This document shows positions 1 through 8,602 of a DNA stretch of 39,786 nucleotides, piece by piece (within the stretch, counting starts at the first letter, position 1; every line of letters starts with the position of its first letter). Position numbers and translations under genes: made by a program. The notes under the pieces were generated by a model, which saw nothing but the letters and a program-made list of their open reading frames with translations, was not told the origin of the DNA and did no database searches. The stretch is from an uncultured Gemmatimonadales bacterium (lineage in GTDB: Bacteria > Gemmatimonadota > Gemmatimonadetes > Gemmatimonadales > GWC2-71-9): positions 1-39,786 of the forward strand of contig CAWGSK010000010.1 in NCBI GenBank assembly GCA_963825055.1. Direction: 5' to 3'.

Positions 1-440
1 TGGACACGCGGCTCGACTGGACGTTCTCCCCCACCATGAGCGTGCAGTTGTTCGTGCAGCCGCTCATTTCAGCCGGCGATTTCCATGACTACAAGGAATT
101 CGTCAAGCCCGGCACGTTCGACTTCGCGACGTACGGACAGGACCAGGGCACGATCCAGCGCGCCGCCGACGGGACCTACACGGTAGATCCGGACGGGGCG
201 GGTCCGGCCTCGAGCTTCGCCTTCGGCGACCGGAACTTCAACTTCCGCTCCCTGATCGCCAACCTGGTCTTCCGGTGGGAGTACCGCCCGGGGTCGACCA
301 TCTTCCTGGTGTGGCAACAGTCCCGTCAGGGGACGGCTCCGACTGGGGACTTTTCCTTCCGGCGCGACTTCGACGCGATCTTCAGCAGTCCGGCACGCAA
401 CCTGATCGCGGTTAAGGCGACGTACTGGATGGGATTCTAG
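1..440 (+). CDS. DUF5916-type outer-membrane beta-barrel protein, 3' part only (open at window start)
   Basis: Frame is open from position 3 (DTRLDWTFSPTMSVQLF...). C-terminus NFRSLIANLVFRWEYRPGSTIFLVWQQ...VKATYWMGF matches DUF5916-family ends and has a terminal aromatic residue. Confidence 0.7.
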   Translation, partial: DTRLDWTFSPTMSVQLFVQPLISAGDFHDYKEFVKPGTFDFATYGQDQGTIQRAADGTYTVDPDGAGPASSFAFGDRNFNFRSLIANLVFRWEYRPGSTIFLVWQQSRQGTAPTGDFSFRRDFDAIFSSPARNLIAVKATYWMGF

Positions 441-2728
441 GATATCGGAGGACCATCGAGCACCTGGCGCACCTTCCGCGCCAGCGCCTCGGCCGAAAAC
501 GGCTTCTGCAGGAAGGCCACCTTCGCCTCGTGGACGCCGTGGGCCACCACGGCGTCATCGGTGTGTCCGGACATGTAGAGCACCTTCAGGTCGGGGCGTC
601 GGGCCCGCAGGTCCTCGGCCAGTTCCCGCCCACTCTCCTCCGGCATTACCACATCGGTCACGAGCAGGTCGAGCTTGCCGAGGCTTGCGCCGTTGCCGTC
701 CGCGAGGAGGCGCACCGCCGCATCCGCCGAGCCGGCAGCCAGCACGTGGTAGCCGTGGGACTCGAGGCTGCGGCGGGCCAGGCCGAGAACCGACGGGTCA
801 TCCTCCACCAGGAGGATGGTTTCGCTCCCCGGCATCACGGGAGCCAGGATGGGACCCGCAGCCTCGCCGGAGGAGTCGCTGGCCCGTGGCAGATAGATGG
901 TGAAGGTGGTTCCCCGTTCCAGGGCGCTGTCGACGGTTACCCCCCCGCCGGACTGCCTGATGGTCCCGTGCACCATGGCCAGCCCGAGTCCTGTTCCCTT
1001 TCCCACTTCCTTCGTGGTGTAGAATGGCTCGAAGACGTGCTCCAGCACGTCGGGCGCCATGCCCACGCCGGTATCCCGGATCATGAGGAGGACATACTCA
1101 CCGGGCGGCAGCTCGGTCGGCGCGTCCGGGTCCTCGAGCCCCACGGTACGAGCCGAGGTGGTCATGGTGAGCGTGCCCCCCGAGGGCATGGCATCCCGCG
1201 CATTGACAGCGAGGTTCACGATGACCTGTTCCAGCGAGCCGCGGTCCGCCCGAACGATGCCCGGTTCAGCCTCGAAGTCGAGGTGCAGCCTCACATCCTC
1301 GCCCAGCAGGCGGCCGAGCAGCCGGACCAGCCCGGCGAGAACCTCGTTGAGCGACAACGTCGTGGGCTGCAGGACCTGCCGACGGCTGAAGGCCAGCAGC
1401 TGGCTGGTGAGTGTGGCGGCGCGCTCGCCCGCGCGGTGGATCTCGCGGATATCGGCGATGACCGGGCTATCCTCCGGCAGCGCCCGGATGACGAGACCGG
1501 CATAGCCGTTAATTGCCGTCAGCAGGTTGTTGAAGTCATGCGCGATTCCCCCGGCGAGGCGACCGATGGCTTCCATCTTCTGGGACTGCAGCAGCTGTTC
1601 CTCGAGCCGCCGACGCTCGGAAACGTCCTGGACCAGGCCAACCACGCGGGCCTCGCCATCTTCCGCCAGCAGACTGCGTCCCTGGATGGTGAACCAGGCG
1701 GCCTCGTCCCCGCCGGACGTGAGCCGGAAATCCGCTTCCACCGGCCGGACGTTGTTGACCGCCCCCTCCAGGGCCTGCCGCAGCGTGTCGCGGTCATCCG
1801 GATCCACCAGGGCGAGGAAGTCATTCAAACGGCGGGTCGTGCCCGCCCGCTGGCCGAGAATGTGGCGCTCGTCATCGCCCCACGCGAGTTCATCCGTCGA
1901 CGGGACCCAGGCATAGCTCGCCATCCGCGCCGCATCCATCGCCTCGGCGAGCCGCTCCGCCTGCCGCTGGAGGGCGTGCATGGCGTCCTGCAGTTGCCGC
2001 GAGCTTCGGTTGAGCGCGGCGTCGCGCTCCTCGATTGCCCCCAGCATGCCGTTCAGGGCGTCGGTGAGGCCCCCGACCTCGTCGTTCCCGACCTTAGTGG
2101 CCCGGAGGCTGTAGTCCTGGCCGGTGGCTACGGCCTCGGCGGTATGCGAGAGGGCGAGGAGCGGCCGGACCAGGCCGGTGCGCAACAATCCGAGAATGAG
2201 CCCCGACACCATGGCCAGCGTCACGACGACCAGCCCGACGATCATCCCGTACTGGGGCAGGCGCGACCACAGCGAGGGCATGGTATACCAGATGGCGAGC
2301 CGGCCCAGGACTTCTTCGTCCGCGCGCATGGGCCGGTCCACCATCACGAACGGCCCGCCGGGCCACGCGCCGCTGTCCGGCTTGACATCCGGGATCGGAC
2401 GCGCACCATGACCGCGCGCGGGACGCTGGTAGGAGGCGAAGAGCCGGCCGTCCGCCGAGTACAGGGCGGCGGCGCTGATCTCTGGCTTGGCGCGAAGGGT
2501 GGCGAGGTCTTCGCGGGCAGCGATGCGGTCGCCGAAGCGCAGGGCGGCGATCGCGTTGGCCTCGAGCAGGTCCGCCTGGGCCTGGAGATCCTGCCTGGCA
2601 CGCGGGCGGACGGTCGTGAGGTCGTAGGTCAGGATCACGCCGCCGGACAGTGCCAGCGCGATCACGCTGGCCAGCAGAATCAGTACGGTTGCTTTGCGGC
2701 GGATCGGGAGGTCGCGGAAGCGGGTCAT
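437..2728 (-). CDS. Membrane-bound hybrid sensor histidine kinase (periplasmic CHASE8-like sensor, HAMP, PAS, HisKA, HATPase, receiver)
   Basis: Two TM segments flank [15 protein letters not shown] (YfiN-like sensor). [19 protein letters not shown]-box [13 protein letters not shown]-box [11 protein letters not shown]-boxes DTGVGM and GKGTGLGL, receiver LLVEDD...VTDVVMP...FLQKPF. Confidence 0.93.
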   Translation of the reverse strand: MTRFRDLPIRRKATVLILLASVIALALSGGVILTYDLTTVRPRARQDLQAQADLLEANAIAALRFGDRIAAREDLATLRAKPEISAAALYSADGRLFASYQRPARGHGARPIPDVKPDSGAWPGGPFVMVDRPMRADEEVLGRLAIWYTMPSLWSRLPQYGMIVGLVVVTLAMVSGLILGLLRTGLVRPLLALSHTAEAVATGQDYSLRATKVGNDEVGGLTDALNGMLGAIEERDAALNRSSRQLQDAMHALQRQAERLAEAMDAARMASYAWVPSTDELAWGDDERHILGQRAGTTRRLNDFLALVDPDDRDTLRQALEGAVNNVRPVEADFRLTSGGDEAAWFTIQGRSLLAEDGEARVVGLVQDVSERRRLEEQLLQSQKMEAIGRLAGGIAHDFNNLLTAINGYAGLVIRALPEDSPVIADIREIHRAGERAATLTSQLLAFSRRQVLQPTTLSLNEVLAGLVRLLGRLLGEDVRLHLDFEAEPGIVRADRGSLEQVIVNLAVNARDAMPSGGTLTMTTSARTVGLEDPDAPTELPPGEYVLLMIRDTGVGMAPDVLEHVFEPFYTTKEVGKGTGLGLAMVHGTIRQSGGGVTVDSALERGTTFTIYLPRASDSSGEAAGPILAPVMPGSETILLVEDDPSVLGLARRSLESHGYHVLAAGSADAAVRLLADGNGASLGKLDLLVTDVVMPEESGRELAEDLRARRPDLKVLYMSGHTDDAVVAHGVHEAKVAFLQKPFSAEALARKVRQVLDGPPIS

Positions 2729-3315
2729 TCCCGCGCCTCCGCCGTGTCGCCAAACACGCGCGTGGCGAGCGCCACCATTCGCGAACTCAGCGTCAGGCCC
2801 GCGGCGCCACCGGCCTCGAGATTGACCGCAAACCGCATCGCCTGTTCTACGGGCACGAACGCGATCACGCCGCCCTCGGCGGCAAACGCCTCGGATTCCC
2901 CGACAGTCAATACGCCCGGGCGCACCAGGGAGGCTGCCAGGTCAGGCTGGCTGCGCCATTCGTCGAACGTGATGAAAACGACATGGCAGCCTTCAGCTTC
3001 CGGCCGGTTGAAGACCCGGCGCACCGTGATCGGCCGTCCCTGGCTGGTACGTCCGGTCGACTGGCGCTCGAGTTCTCCGGTCAGGGAGGTACGCCCGACG
3101 ACGCAGAGGACGATCGGCGAATTCGTCGAGGAGAAAGCACTCACGGGCCACTGCACGTACCGGGTGAAATTGATCAGGTACGCGGCCTCGATCCGCGCCA
3201 CGAGCTCGGACGGGCGCTCCTGAGCCCGGGTCGCCTGGGGCAGCGGCACAAGGGCGACCAGTACCATGGCCACCCGTCCGCACCACGTGCCTCGGAGGCG
3301 GCTCAGAAACGCCAT
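2725..3315 (-). CDS. YfiR/HmsC-family (DUF4154) periplasmic protein
   Basis: Signal peptide, AAYLINFTRYVQWP, LCVVG, GCHVVFI, VLTVGE, GGVIAF, RFAVNL, GLTLSSRMVALA. Overlaps both neighbours. Start uncertain. Confidence 0.9.
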   Translation of the reverse strand: MAFLSRLRGTWCGRVAMVLVALVPLPQATRAQERPSELVARIEAAYLINFTRYVQWPVSAFSSTNSPIVLCVVGRTSLTGELERQSTGRTSQGRPITVRRVFNRPEAEGCHVVFITFDEWRSQPDLAASLVRPGVLTVGESEAFAAEGGVIAFVPVEQAMRFAVNLEAGGAAGLTLSSRMVALATRVFGDTAEARE

Positions 3316-5318
3316 GCCACCCGGGCCCAGGCCCTCCGAGGGATGGCGCGGGCCTCGGCGGTGAATGCGGAGGGAGGAAACTCCTGGTGGCGGGTCTGAA
3401 AGAGATCCTGCCCGACGAGCGAGAGGTTGAGGCGGTCGATCGGCGTCCAGCCGATCCGGACATCCGCCGAGGCGTAATCGTCGACCCCGCTGTTCAGGCG
3501 GCCAACGTACCGGACGATCATGTCGAGTTCGGTCCGCGCCGGCAGGTCGATGGAGGTCCAGAGGGTCGCCTGATGTTCAGGGTCGCTCATCGAGGCGCCG
3601 ATGGCCGAGCCGTTCGGCGCGTCGGGATCCAGTTCGAGTTTCCGGTCCAGCCATGCGTAGGTTCCGCGGGCACGGAACCAGTGGGCCAGGCGCCAGGTGG
3701 CGGATACCTCCGCGCCTGCCGTATGCCCCGTCGCCTGGTTCGTCAGTGTGACGATCACCGTGGGACGGGGAGTGGTGGTCAGGTCGACGGAGTCCGGGGC
3801 CAGAACGCGCAGGTCACGGTAGTCGTTGTAGAACAGGCTGAAATCGAGCGCCAGCTGCAGTGACGGTTCCACCCGATAGCCTGCTTCCCAGGCGAGGAGG
3901 TCCTCCGACTGAAAATCTTCATTCCCGGCGAGGATGGCCTTGAATGCCAGGTTCGGGATGGCGGAGGTGGCGTCGGCATCGAGGTCAACCCGGGCGGGCG
4001 TCCGGACCGCACGTGAGACCGCGGCCCAGACGGTATGACCGGCATGCGGGGTCCAGAGCAGGCGCGCGTCGGGCATCACCTCGAACCCCGTGAAACTGTT
4101 GTGCTCGACCTTGGTGCCCACCGTCACGCGGAAGCGTTCGGGCATCAGGGTGATTTCGTCCTGCACGAAGCCGGTGAAGAGATGCGATGTCCGGCTGTCC
4201 GGATCAAAACCGTAGGCACGGCCACCCGTGACCTCGTCGGACATGAGCCGGTAGCCGAGGCCCCACATGACGTCGTGTGAACCACCCACGGGGAAGCGAT
4301 GCTGCAGCTCCACGTCGAACAGGTTCTCCGTCATGCGCCCGAACACCGACGGCAGGGTCCGCCGGCTCCGGTCATAGAAGCTCTGGACGCTGAAGCTCGA
4401 GGCCGGGCCCAGGGTCCGGGTCCAGCGGGCCAGGAGATTGCCGCCGTTGACGTCCTGGTCCTCGTTCAGGAACTCCGCGTAGGGCACCGTGTCGACGGGT
4501 ACGCGGACGCGGCCCCCTCCCCTTCCGACGTACGCATCGCCCTGCAGTGACCACCGGTCCCGGCTTCCGAGCCCACCGTCGTAGCGGAAGCCCAACTGAC
4601 CCATCCGCCAGTCGTCCTTCGCCTCGCTGCCGTCGAGCTGGTCGGCGCCATCGCGCACCCGGCCTGCCCCGTAGATACGGAACGCACCAGTTGCCCCCGC
4701 GCGGGCACCGTACTGTGCGCTGCCCAGGGCATGGTCCCAGGTTCCACCCCCCACGGCGATCCGGCCACCGGGTGTTTCATCGGCCGGCCTGGTGATGATG
4801 TTGATCACCCCGTTCACCGCATTCGCCCCCCAGAGCGTGGCGCCGGGCCCGCGGATCACCTCGATCCGGTCGATCCCGCCGAGTGGCACCATCAGCACGT
4901 CCCAGAACACGCGTGCGAAGATCGGCGAGTAGGCGGTCCGCCCGTCCACCAGCAGCAGCAGTTTGTTGGAGGCTTCCTCGTTGAACCCTCGCGCGCTGAT
5001 CGCCCAGTCCCGGCCCCCGGTGCGGGCCACTTCGAGCCCCGGGACGAGGCGGAGCACGTCCGGGAGGGTCGAGGCGCCGGAGCGCCGGATGTCTTCGCGG
5101 GTAATCACGGTAATGGCCGCGGCCGCCTGGGAGAGCGGAATCGGCTTGCGGTCGGTGGAGGTCACCTCGATCCGGCCCAGCTCCTCGAGATCCATTGACG
5201 CGAGATCATCCACGCGGGTTGGCTGTTGTGCAATGAGTTGCGTGATAGGACATGTGAGACAGACGGCCACTGCCAGGAAGGCCGCTGTCCGCGACCTGGA
5301 GGGAACTGCTGGGGCCAT
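3303..5318 (-). CDS. TonB-dependent outer-membrane receptor
   Basis: Signal peptide, plug motifs ITVITREDIRRSG, ISARGF, LLLVDGR, IDRIEVIRGPGATLWGANAVNGVINIIT, C-terminal ARVAWRF. N-terminal SMDLEEL..IEVTS segment. Confidence 0.93.
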   Translation of the reverse strand: MAPAVPSRSRTAAFLAVAVCLTCPITQLIAQQPTRVDDLASMDLEELGRIEVTSTDRKPIPLSQAAAAITVITREDIRRSGASTLPDVLRLVPGLEVARTGGRDWAISARGFNEEASNKLLLLVDGRTAYSPIFARVFWDVLMVPLGGIDRIEVIRGPGATLWGANAVNGVINIITRPADETPGGRIAVGGGTWDHALGSAQYGARAGATGAFRIYGAGRVRDGADQLDGSEAKDDWRMGQLGFRYDGGLGSRDRWSLQGDAYVGRGGGRVRVPVDTVPYAEFLNEDQDVNGGNLLARWTRTLGPASSFSVQSFYDRSRRTLPSVFGRMTENLFDVELQHRFPVGGSHDVMWGLGYRLMSDEVTGGRAYGFDPDSRTSHLFTGFVQDEITLMPERFRVTVGTKVEHNSFTGFEVMPDARLLWTPHAGHTVWAAVSRAVRTPARVDLDADATSAIPNLAFKAILAGNEDFQSEDLLAWEAGYRVEPSLQLALDFSLFYNDYRDLRVLAPDSVDLTTTPRPTVIVTLTNQATGHTAGAEVSATWRLAHWFRARGTYAWLDRKLELDPDAPNGSAIGASMSDPEHQATLWTSIDLPARTELDMIVRYVGRLNSGVDDYASADVRIGWTPIDRLNLSLVGQDLFQTRHQEFPPSAFTAEARAIPRRAWARVAWRF

Positions 5319-5376
5319 GGGTATTCGCGCTCCGGCCTTGGGGGTTCGCCAGCATCATCCTGTTCGACGTATCGGG

Positions 5377-5421
5377 AGAATATGAGGCGCGCGGGAACGG
5401 CCCCCAGTGATGGAAATCACA
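5377..5421 (-). promoter_or_regulatory. Candidate CRP/FNR-family operator plus -10 element for the TBDR operon
   Basis: TGTGA-TTTCCA-TCACT on the minus strand at 5406-5421, 9/10 to TGTGA-N6-TCACA. Overlapping -10 candidates CATATT/TATTCT at 5377-5384. Confidence 0.5.
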
Positions 5422-5470
5422 GGTATGGGGTATGGGGTATGGGGTATCGGGTATCGGGAATGGGGTATCG
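5422..5470 (+). repeat. Heptamer tandem repeat GG(T/A)AT(G/C)G x7
   Basis: GGTATGG x3, GGTATCG x2, GGAATGG, GGTATCG read directly. Confidence 0.9.
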
Positions 5471-5537
5471 GGATCGCGGGACGTGGGCGGTCGACAGGAT
5501 GGAACTCCTGACCGTCGGTCCGCCTGTCCGCCTGAAA

Positions 5538-5611
5538 TGGGCCCTGCTGGACTTGAACCAGCGACCGACGGATTATGAGTCCGCTGCTCTAACCAGCTGA
5601 GCTAAGGGCCC
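5538..5611 (-). tRNA. tRNA-Ile2 (anticodon CAT, lysidine-type); CCA not encoded
   Basis: GGGCCCTTAGCTCAGCTGGTTAGAGCAGCGGACTCATAATCCGTCGGTCGCTGGTTCAAGTCCAGCAGGGCCCA forms a cloverleaf. Paired G1:C72 and no GGG/CCC anticodon stem, so not initiator. Closely resembles E. coli ileX as recalled. Followed by TTT, not CCA. Confidence 0.9.
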
Positions 5612-5655
5612 GAACTGCCCATAAACTAATCATCCCCAAGGCCTCCGCCAGCCGC

Positions 5656-6084
5656 TCAGGCGCGCTGGTGGTCCGGCCGCCACTCCCGGATCAGCGCCTT
5701 GATGGCCGAGCGGCTCGTGATCCTCTCATCTAGCACCCGGCGGGCGAGCGATGCGAGTTCGGCATCAGAGGCGAACCGCAGGGCCACGAGCTGGTGCGGC
5801 GTAAACTCACCGACGCGGCCGGCCAGCTCGGGGGCCACGGCGGCGAGGCGCAGGGACTCCTCCAGCCGGATGACCCGGTCCTGCACCGCGAGCGGGAAGA
5901 CCCGCAGGTACCAGAACATCATCACCAGCGCGACGGCGACGAGCAGCGCCACGGTGCTGTCGATGGACGGTCCCCCCACCAGCCGGACGATCGACCACAC
6001 CAGGTTGACCAGCAGGAGCCCGGCGGTGAGGAAGTGGTAGCCGGGAACGTACCGGGAGTGGTTGGCGAGGTTCTGGACAGGCAT
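5656..6084 (-). CDS. DUF6526-like small membrane protein
   Basis: QNLANHSRYVPGYHF, two TM helices, VQDRVIRLEE, QLVALRFASDAEL, IKALIREWRPDHQR. Confidence 0.75.
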   Translation of the reverse strand: MPVQNLANHSRYVPGYHFLTAGLLLVNLVWSIVRLVGGPSIDSTVALLVAVALVMMFWYLRVFPLAVQDRVIRLEESLRLAAVAPELAGRVGEFTPHQLVALRFASDAELASLARRVLDERITSRSAIKALIREWRPDHQRA

Positions 6085-6108
6085 GAGGGCTCACATGGCT
6101 GGAGGAGT

Positions 6109-6133
6109 GCCGCCGGACGCTCCGTCCGGCGGC
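6109..6133 (-). terminator. GC-rich hairpin after the epimerase gene
   Basis: GCCGCCGGACG-CTC-CGTCCGGCGGC perfect 11-bp stem. No U-tract. Confidence 0.5.
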
Positions 6134-6148
6134 CCCGCGATGTCCGCT

Positions 6149-7096
6149 TCAGAGGTAGCGGGCCAGGTCTATCGCACCGGTGCGGTTCACATAGACATCC
6201 CGCATCCAGTCGCAGGTGCGGGGGATACCCTCGGCCAGCATCACGCCGGGCTGGTGCCCAAGGTCCCGGACCGCCTTGCCCAGATCGACCTTCTTGTCGC
6301 GCGTCGTGAAGGGCTCCGCAGGCAGGTATTCCACCAGCCGGTCGTCCTTGCCCAGGGCATCCAGGACGAGGTCCGACACGGTCTTGATATCGTGGTACTC
6401 CGTGCCCCCGATGTTGTAGACCTCGCCGGGCTTGAAGTTCTCGATGATATTGGCCAGGGTCTGGCAGGTGTCCGTGATATACGACGAGGTCCGGTGATGC
6501 CCCAGGTAGACCTTGTACGGGAGGTCGAACAGGGCCCGGTAGATGAAGAGGCAGATGACGCTCCGGTAGTCGCTGTAATGCTCGCCGGGGCCGTACGTGT
6601 TGAACAGGCGGACCCGTACGCTTTTCGTGCCGTGCATGGCGGCCGAGTTCTGGATCTGGATCTCATTGACCCACTTGCTCAGCGCGTAGTCGTTGAGCTG
6701 CTTCACCTCGACGCGGTCCATGACGTCCTCATGCATGACGTCATCATAGTCGCCGTAGACCTCGGAGCTGCTGAAGTGCACCAGCCGGAATCCGAACCGC
6801 TCCTGCATCCGCAGCAGGTTCTTGGTCCCGACGGCGTTAGTCAGCCAGAGCCGGTCATAGTAGTCCTCGCCATTCCAGCGACCGAATTCGGCGGCGAGAT
6901 TATAGACGATATCGAACGTGCGTGATTCGAAGACCCGCGAGAGCTGCATATGGCTCGCGATATCGCATCGCACGTATTCGCGGTCGTGATTGTGTGCAAG
7001 GTCGAGGACGGTGACCTGGTGCCCACGGCTCCGCAATGCAGGCACGAGCACCGACCCGACGGTCCCGAGTCCACCGGTCACTAAGACGCTGTTCAT
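6149..7096 (-). CDS. NAD-dependent nucleotide-sugar epimerase/dehydratase (extended SDR)
   Basis: VLVTGGLGTVG, FSSSEVYG, YALSK, RLFNTYGP. Start moved to ATG 7096, which has GGGAGAG upstream. Confidence 0.9.
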   Translation of the reverse strand: MNSVLVTGGLGTVGSVLVPALRSRGHQVTVLDLAHNHDREYVRCDIASHMQLSRVFESRTFDIVYNLAAEFGRWNGEDYYDRLWLTNAVGTKNLLRMQERFGFRLVHFSSSEVYGDYDDVMHEDVMDRVEVKQLNDYALSKWVNEIQIQNSAAMHGTKSVRVRLFNTYGPGEHYSDYRSVICLFIYRALFDLPYKVYLGHHRTSSYITDTCQTLANIIENFKPGEVYNIGGTEYHDIKTVSDLVLDALGKDDRLVEYLPAEPFTTRDKKVDLGKAVRDLGHQPGVMLAEGIPRTCDWMRDVYVNRTGAIDLARYL

Positions 7097-7151
7097 CGTT
7101 GACACGCTCTCCCAGGTAAGAGGAAGCCACGGTGCCGTTCGCCGTGACGCA

Positions 7152-8327
7152 CTACTCCACTGATGACGGGGATCCGTCGTTCGTGTCCGCCAGCCTCCGG
7201 TCAATCAGCCCGGACATCTCGCGCCATCGTTCGGTCCAGGTCTGCCGCAGGCCGAATTCCGCCAGGCGCTCACGCTCCGCCGGGGTATCGGCCGCCGTGG
7301 CCGCCCTGATCTGCGCCACCAGCTCGTCCGGCGAGGCCGCCAGCCGGACCAGGCCCTGATCGGCCAGTGCGTCCAGGTCGCGGGAGAACGGGGTGCAGAT
7401 CGGGATAACCCCGGCCGCGAGCGCCTCGAAGATCTTGAGCGGGATGATCCGCTCGGTCAGGGCCGTCAGGCGGAAAATCACCAGGCTGGCGGAACACCGC
7501 CGCAGGATTCCGGGAACGAGCCCTCGATCCTGGCGGCCCAGGAAATGGACGTTCGGCCGCCGTGCCAGGCGGGACGTGTCCGCCCGAACGGGCCCGACGA
7601 ACACGAGGTGCACATCCGGGAGCTTCCCGGCCGCAGCCTCCAGCATCTCCATGTCGCACCATTCCGCCAGGACGCCGACGAACGCGATCCGGGGTTCGGG
7701 GATCGCCTCGACCGCCCGCAACGCCGCGGCATCGGGATCGTCCTCCACCGCCGTGGCATCAATGGCGTTCCAGATTGTGAACGCATGCGGATTCCGGCGC
7801 GCTTTGTCCTGCCGCAGCTGTTCCGCCGCGACGAAGACCAGATCCACCCGGTCCAGCAGCATGGCCTCCAGGCGGTTCATGATGGCGGCGTCGCTCGTCT
7901 GGAAGGCGCTGACCTGGTCCGCCACGTGGTACACGGAGAGCCGCTCCCCCATGGTGCCGGGGACGCCGGCATAGAGCGGGTTGTCCATCCAGAGTACCCG
8001 GTCGCCGGTCGGCTCCCTGCCCACCCACCAACGGATCCACGCCCGCTGCAGCAGGAATTCCAGTCGGAACAGCCACGGCACGCGATGACCGAGGTGGAAG
8101 AGCGGCAGGGGAGCGAGGATACGGAGGTTCTTCCCCCGCGGGCGTGCACCCGCCATCCACGTGAAGAGCCGGCGCCAGAGTTTCGGATAGCGAAGGATGG
8201 TGAAGACGGAGACGAAGCGCTCGACGTAGAGGACGGGTTCCTCGCGCCGAATTTCGTTGCACGTCGGCTGCTGAATGATCCAGAGGTCATCCCAGAGATT
8301 ACTGGCCAGGTAAAGATGTTGTCGCAT
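7152..8327 (-). CDS. GT-B glycosyltransferase (TuaH/GumK-like)
   Basis: VLYVE, VYHVADQVSAF, PRIAFVG, PNVHFLG, PLKIFEALAAGVIPI. Start placed at ATG 8327. Confidence 0.8.
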   Translation of the reverse strand: MRQHLYLASNLWDDLWIIQQPTCNEIRREEPVLYVERFVSVFTILRYPKLWRRLFTWMAGARPRGKNLRILAPLPLFHLGHRVPWLFRLEFLLQRAWIRWWVGREPTGDRVLWMDNPLYAGVPGTMGERLSVYHVADQVSAFQTSDAAIMNRLEAMLLDRVDLVFVAAEQLRQDKARRNPHAFTIWNAIDATAVEDDPDAAALRAVEAIPEPRIAFVGVLAEWCDMEMLEAAAGKLPDVHLVFVGPVRADTSRLARRPNVHFLGRQDRGLVPGILRRCSASLVIFRLTALTERIIPLKIFEALAAGVIPICTPFSRDLDALADQGLVRLAASPDELVAQIRAATAADTPAERERLAEFGLRQTWTERWREMSGLIDRRLADTNDGSPSSVE

Positions 8328-8602
8328 CCGGGAAGAAAATGCCTTCGGTGAAATGAACCGCTGCGGGAACAGACCCCTGTCGGCCAGCGCGTAAGGTAGG
8401 GTGGGCATTCCCCCGGCGAAAGGCCGGAACGGCGGCTGGAGCACCACTGAAATCGACCTCGAAGCATCTCGCAAAGCTTGACAGTCCCCGAATCCGCATC
8501 GAGTATTGAACGCTTGCGCGCCGCTGGTATACCCAGCCGGCTCCCTGCGAGTGATCCGGCTGGTCTCCTGTCTCGAGGGTTCGTGTCCGCGCCTTCCTTC
8601 CT

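Noticed and set aside
530..3223. 897-aa plus-strand ORF
   Set aside because: Antisense shadow of the kinase and YfiR genes. No motifs, and expected from high-GC codon bias.
5422..5470. Short repeats as a CRISPR array (also 26846-26911)
   Set aside because: Units are 7-8 bp with no unique spacers, and no cas genes are present.
437..5611. TBDR module as an island integrated at the tRNA 3' end
   Set aside because: No integrase and no duplicated tRNA 3' fragment were noticed in the window.
8400..8490. GAAA-containing hairpin plus GCAAAGC resembling a c-di-GMP-I riboswitch
   Set aside because: GGCAAAC and GACGCAAAGC context and spacing do not fit. An Rfam scan would settle it.
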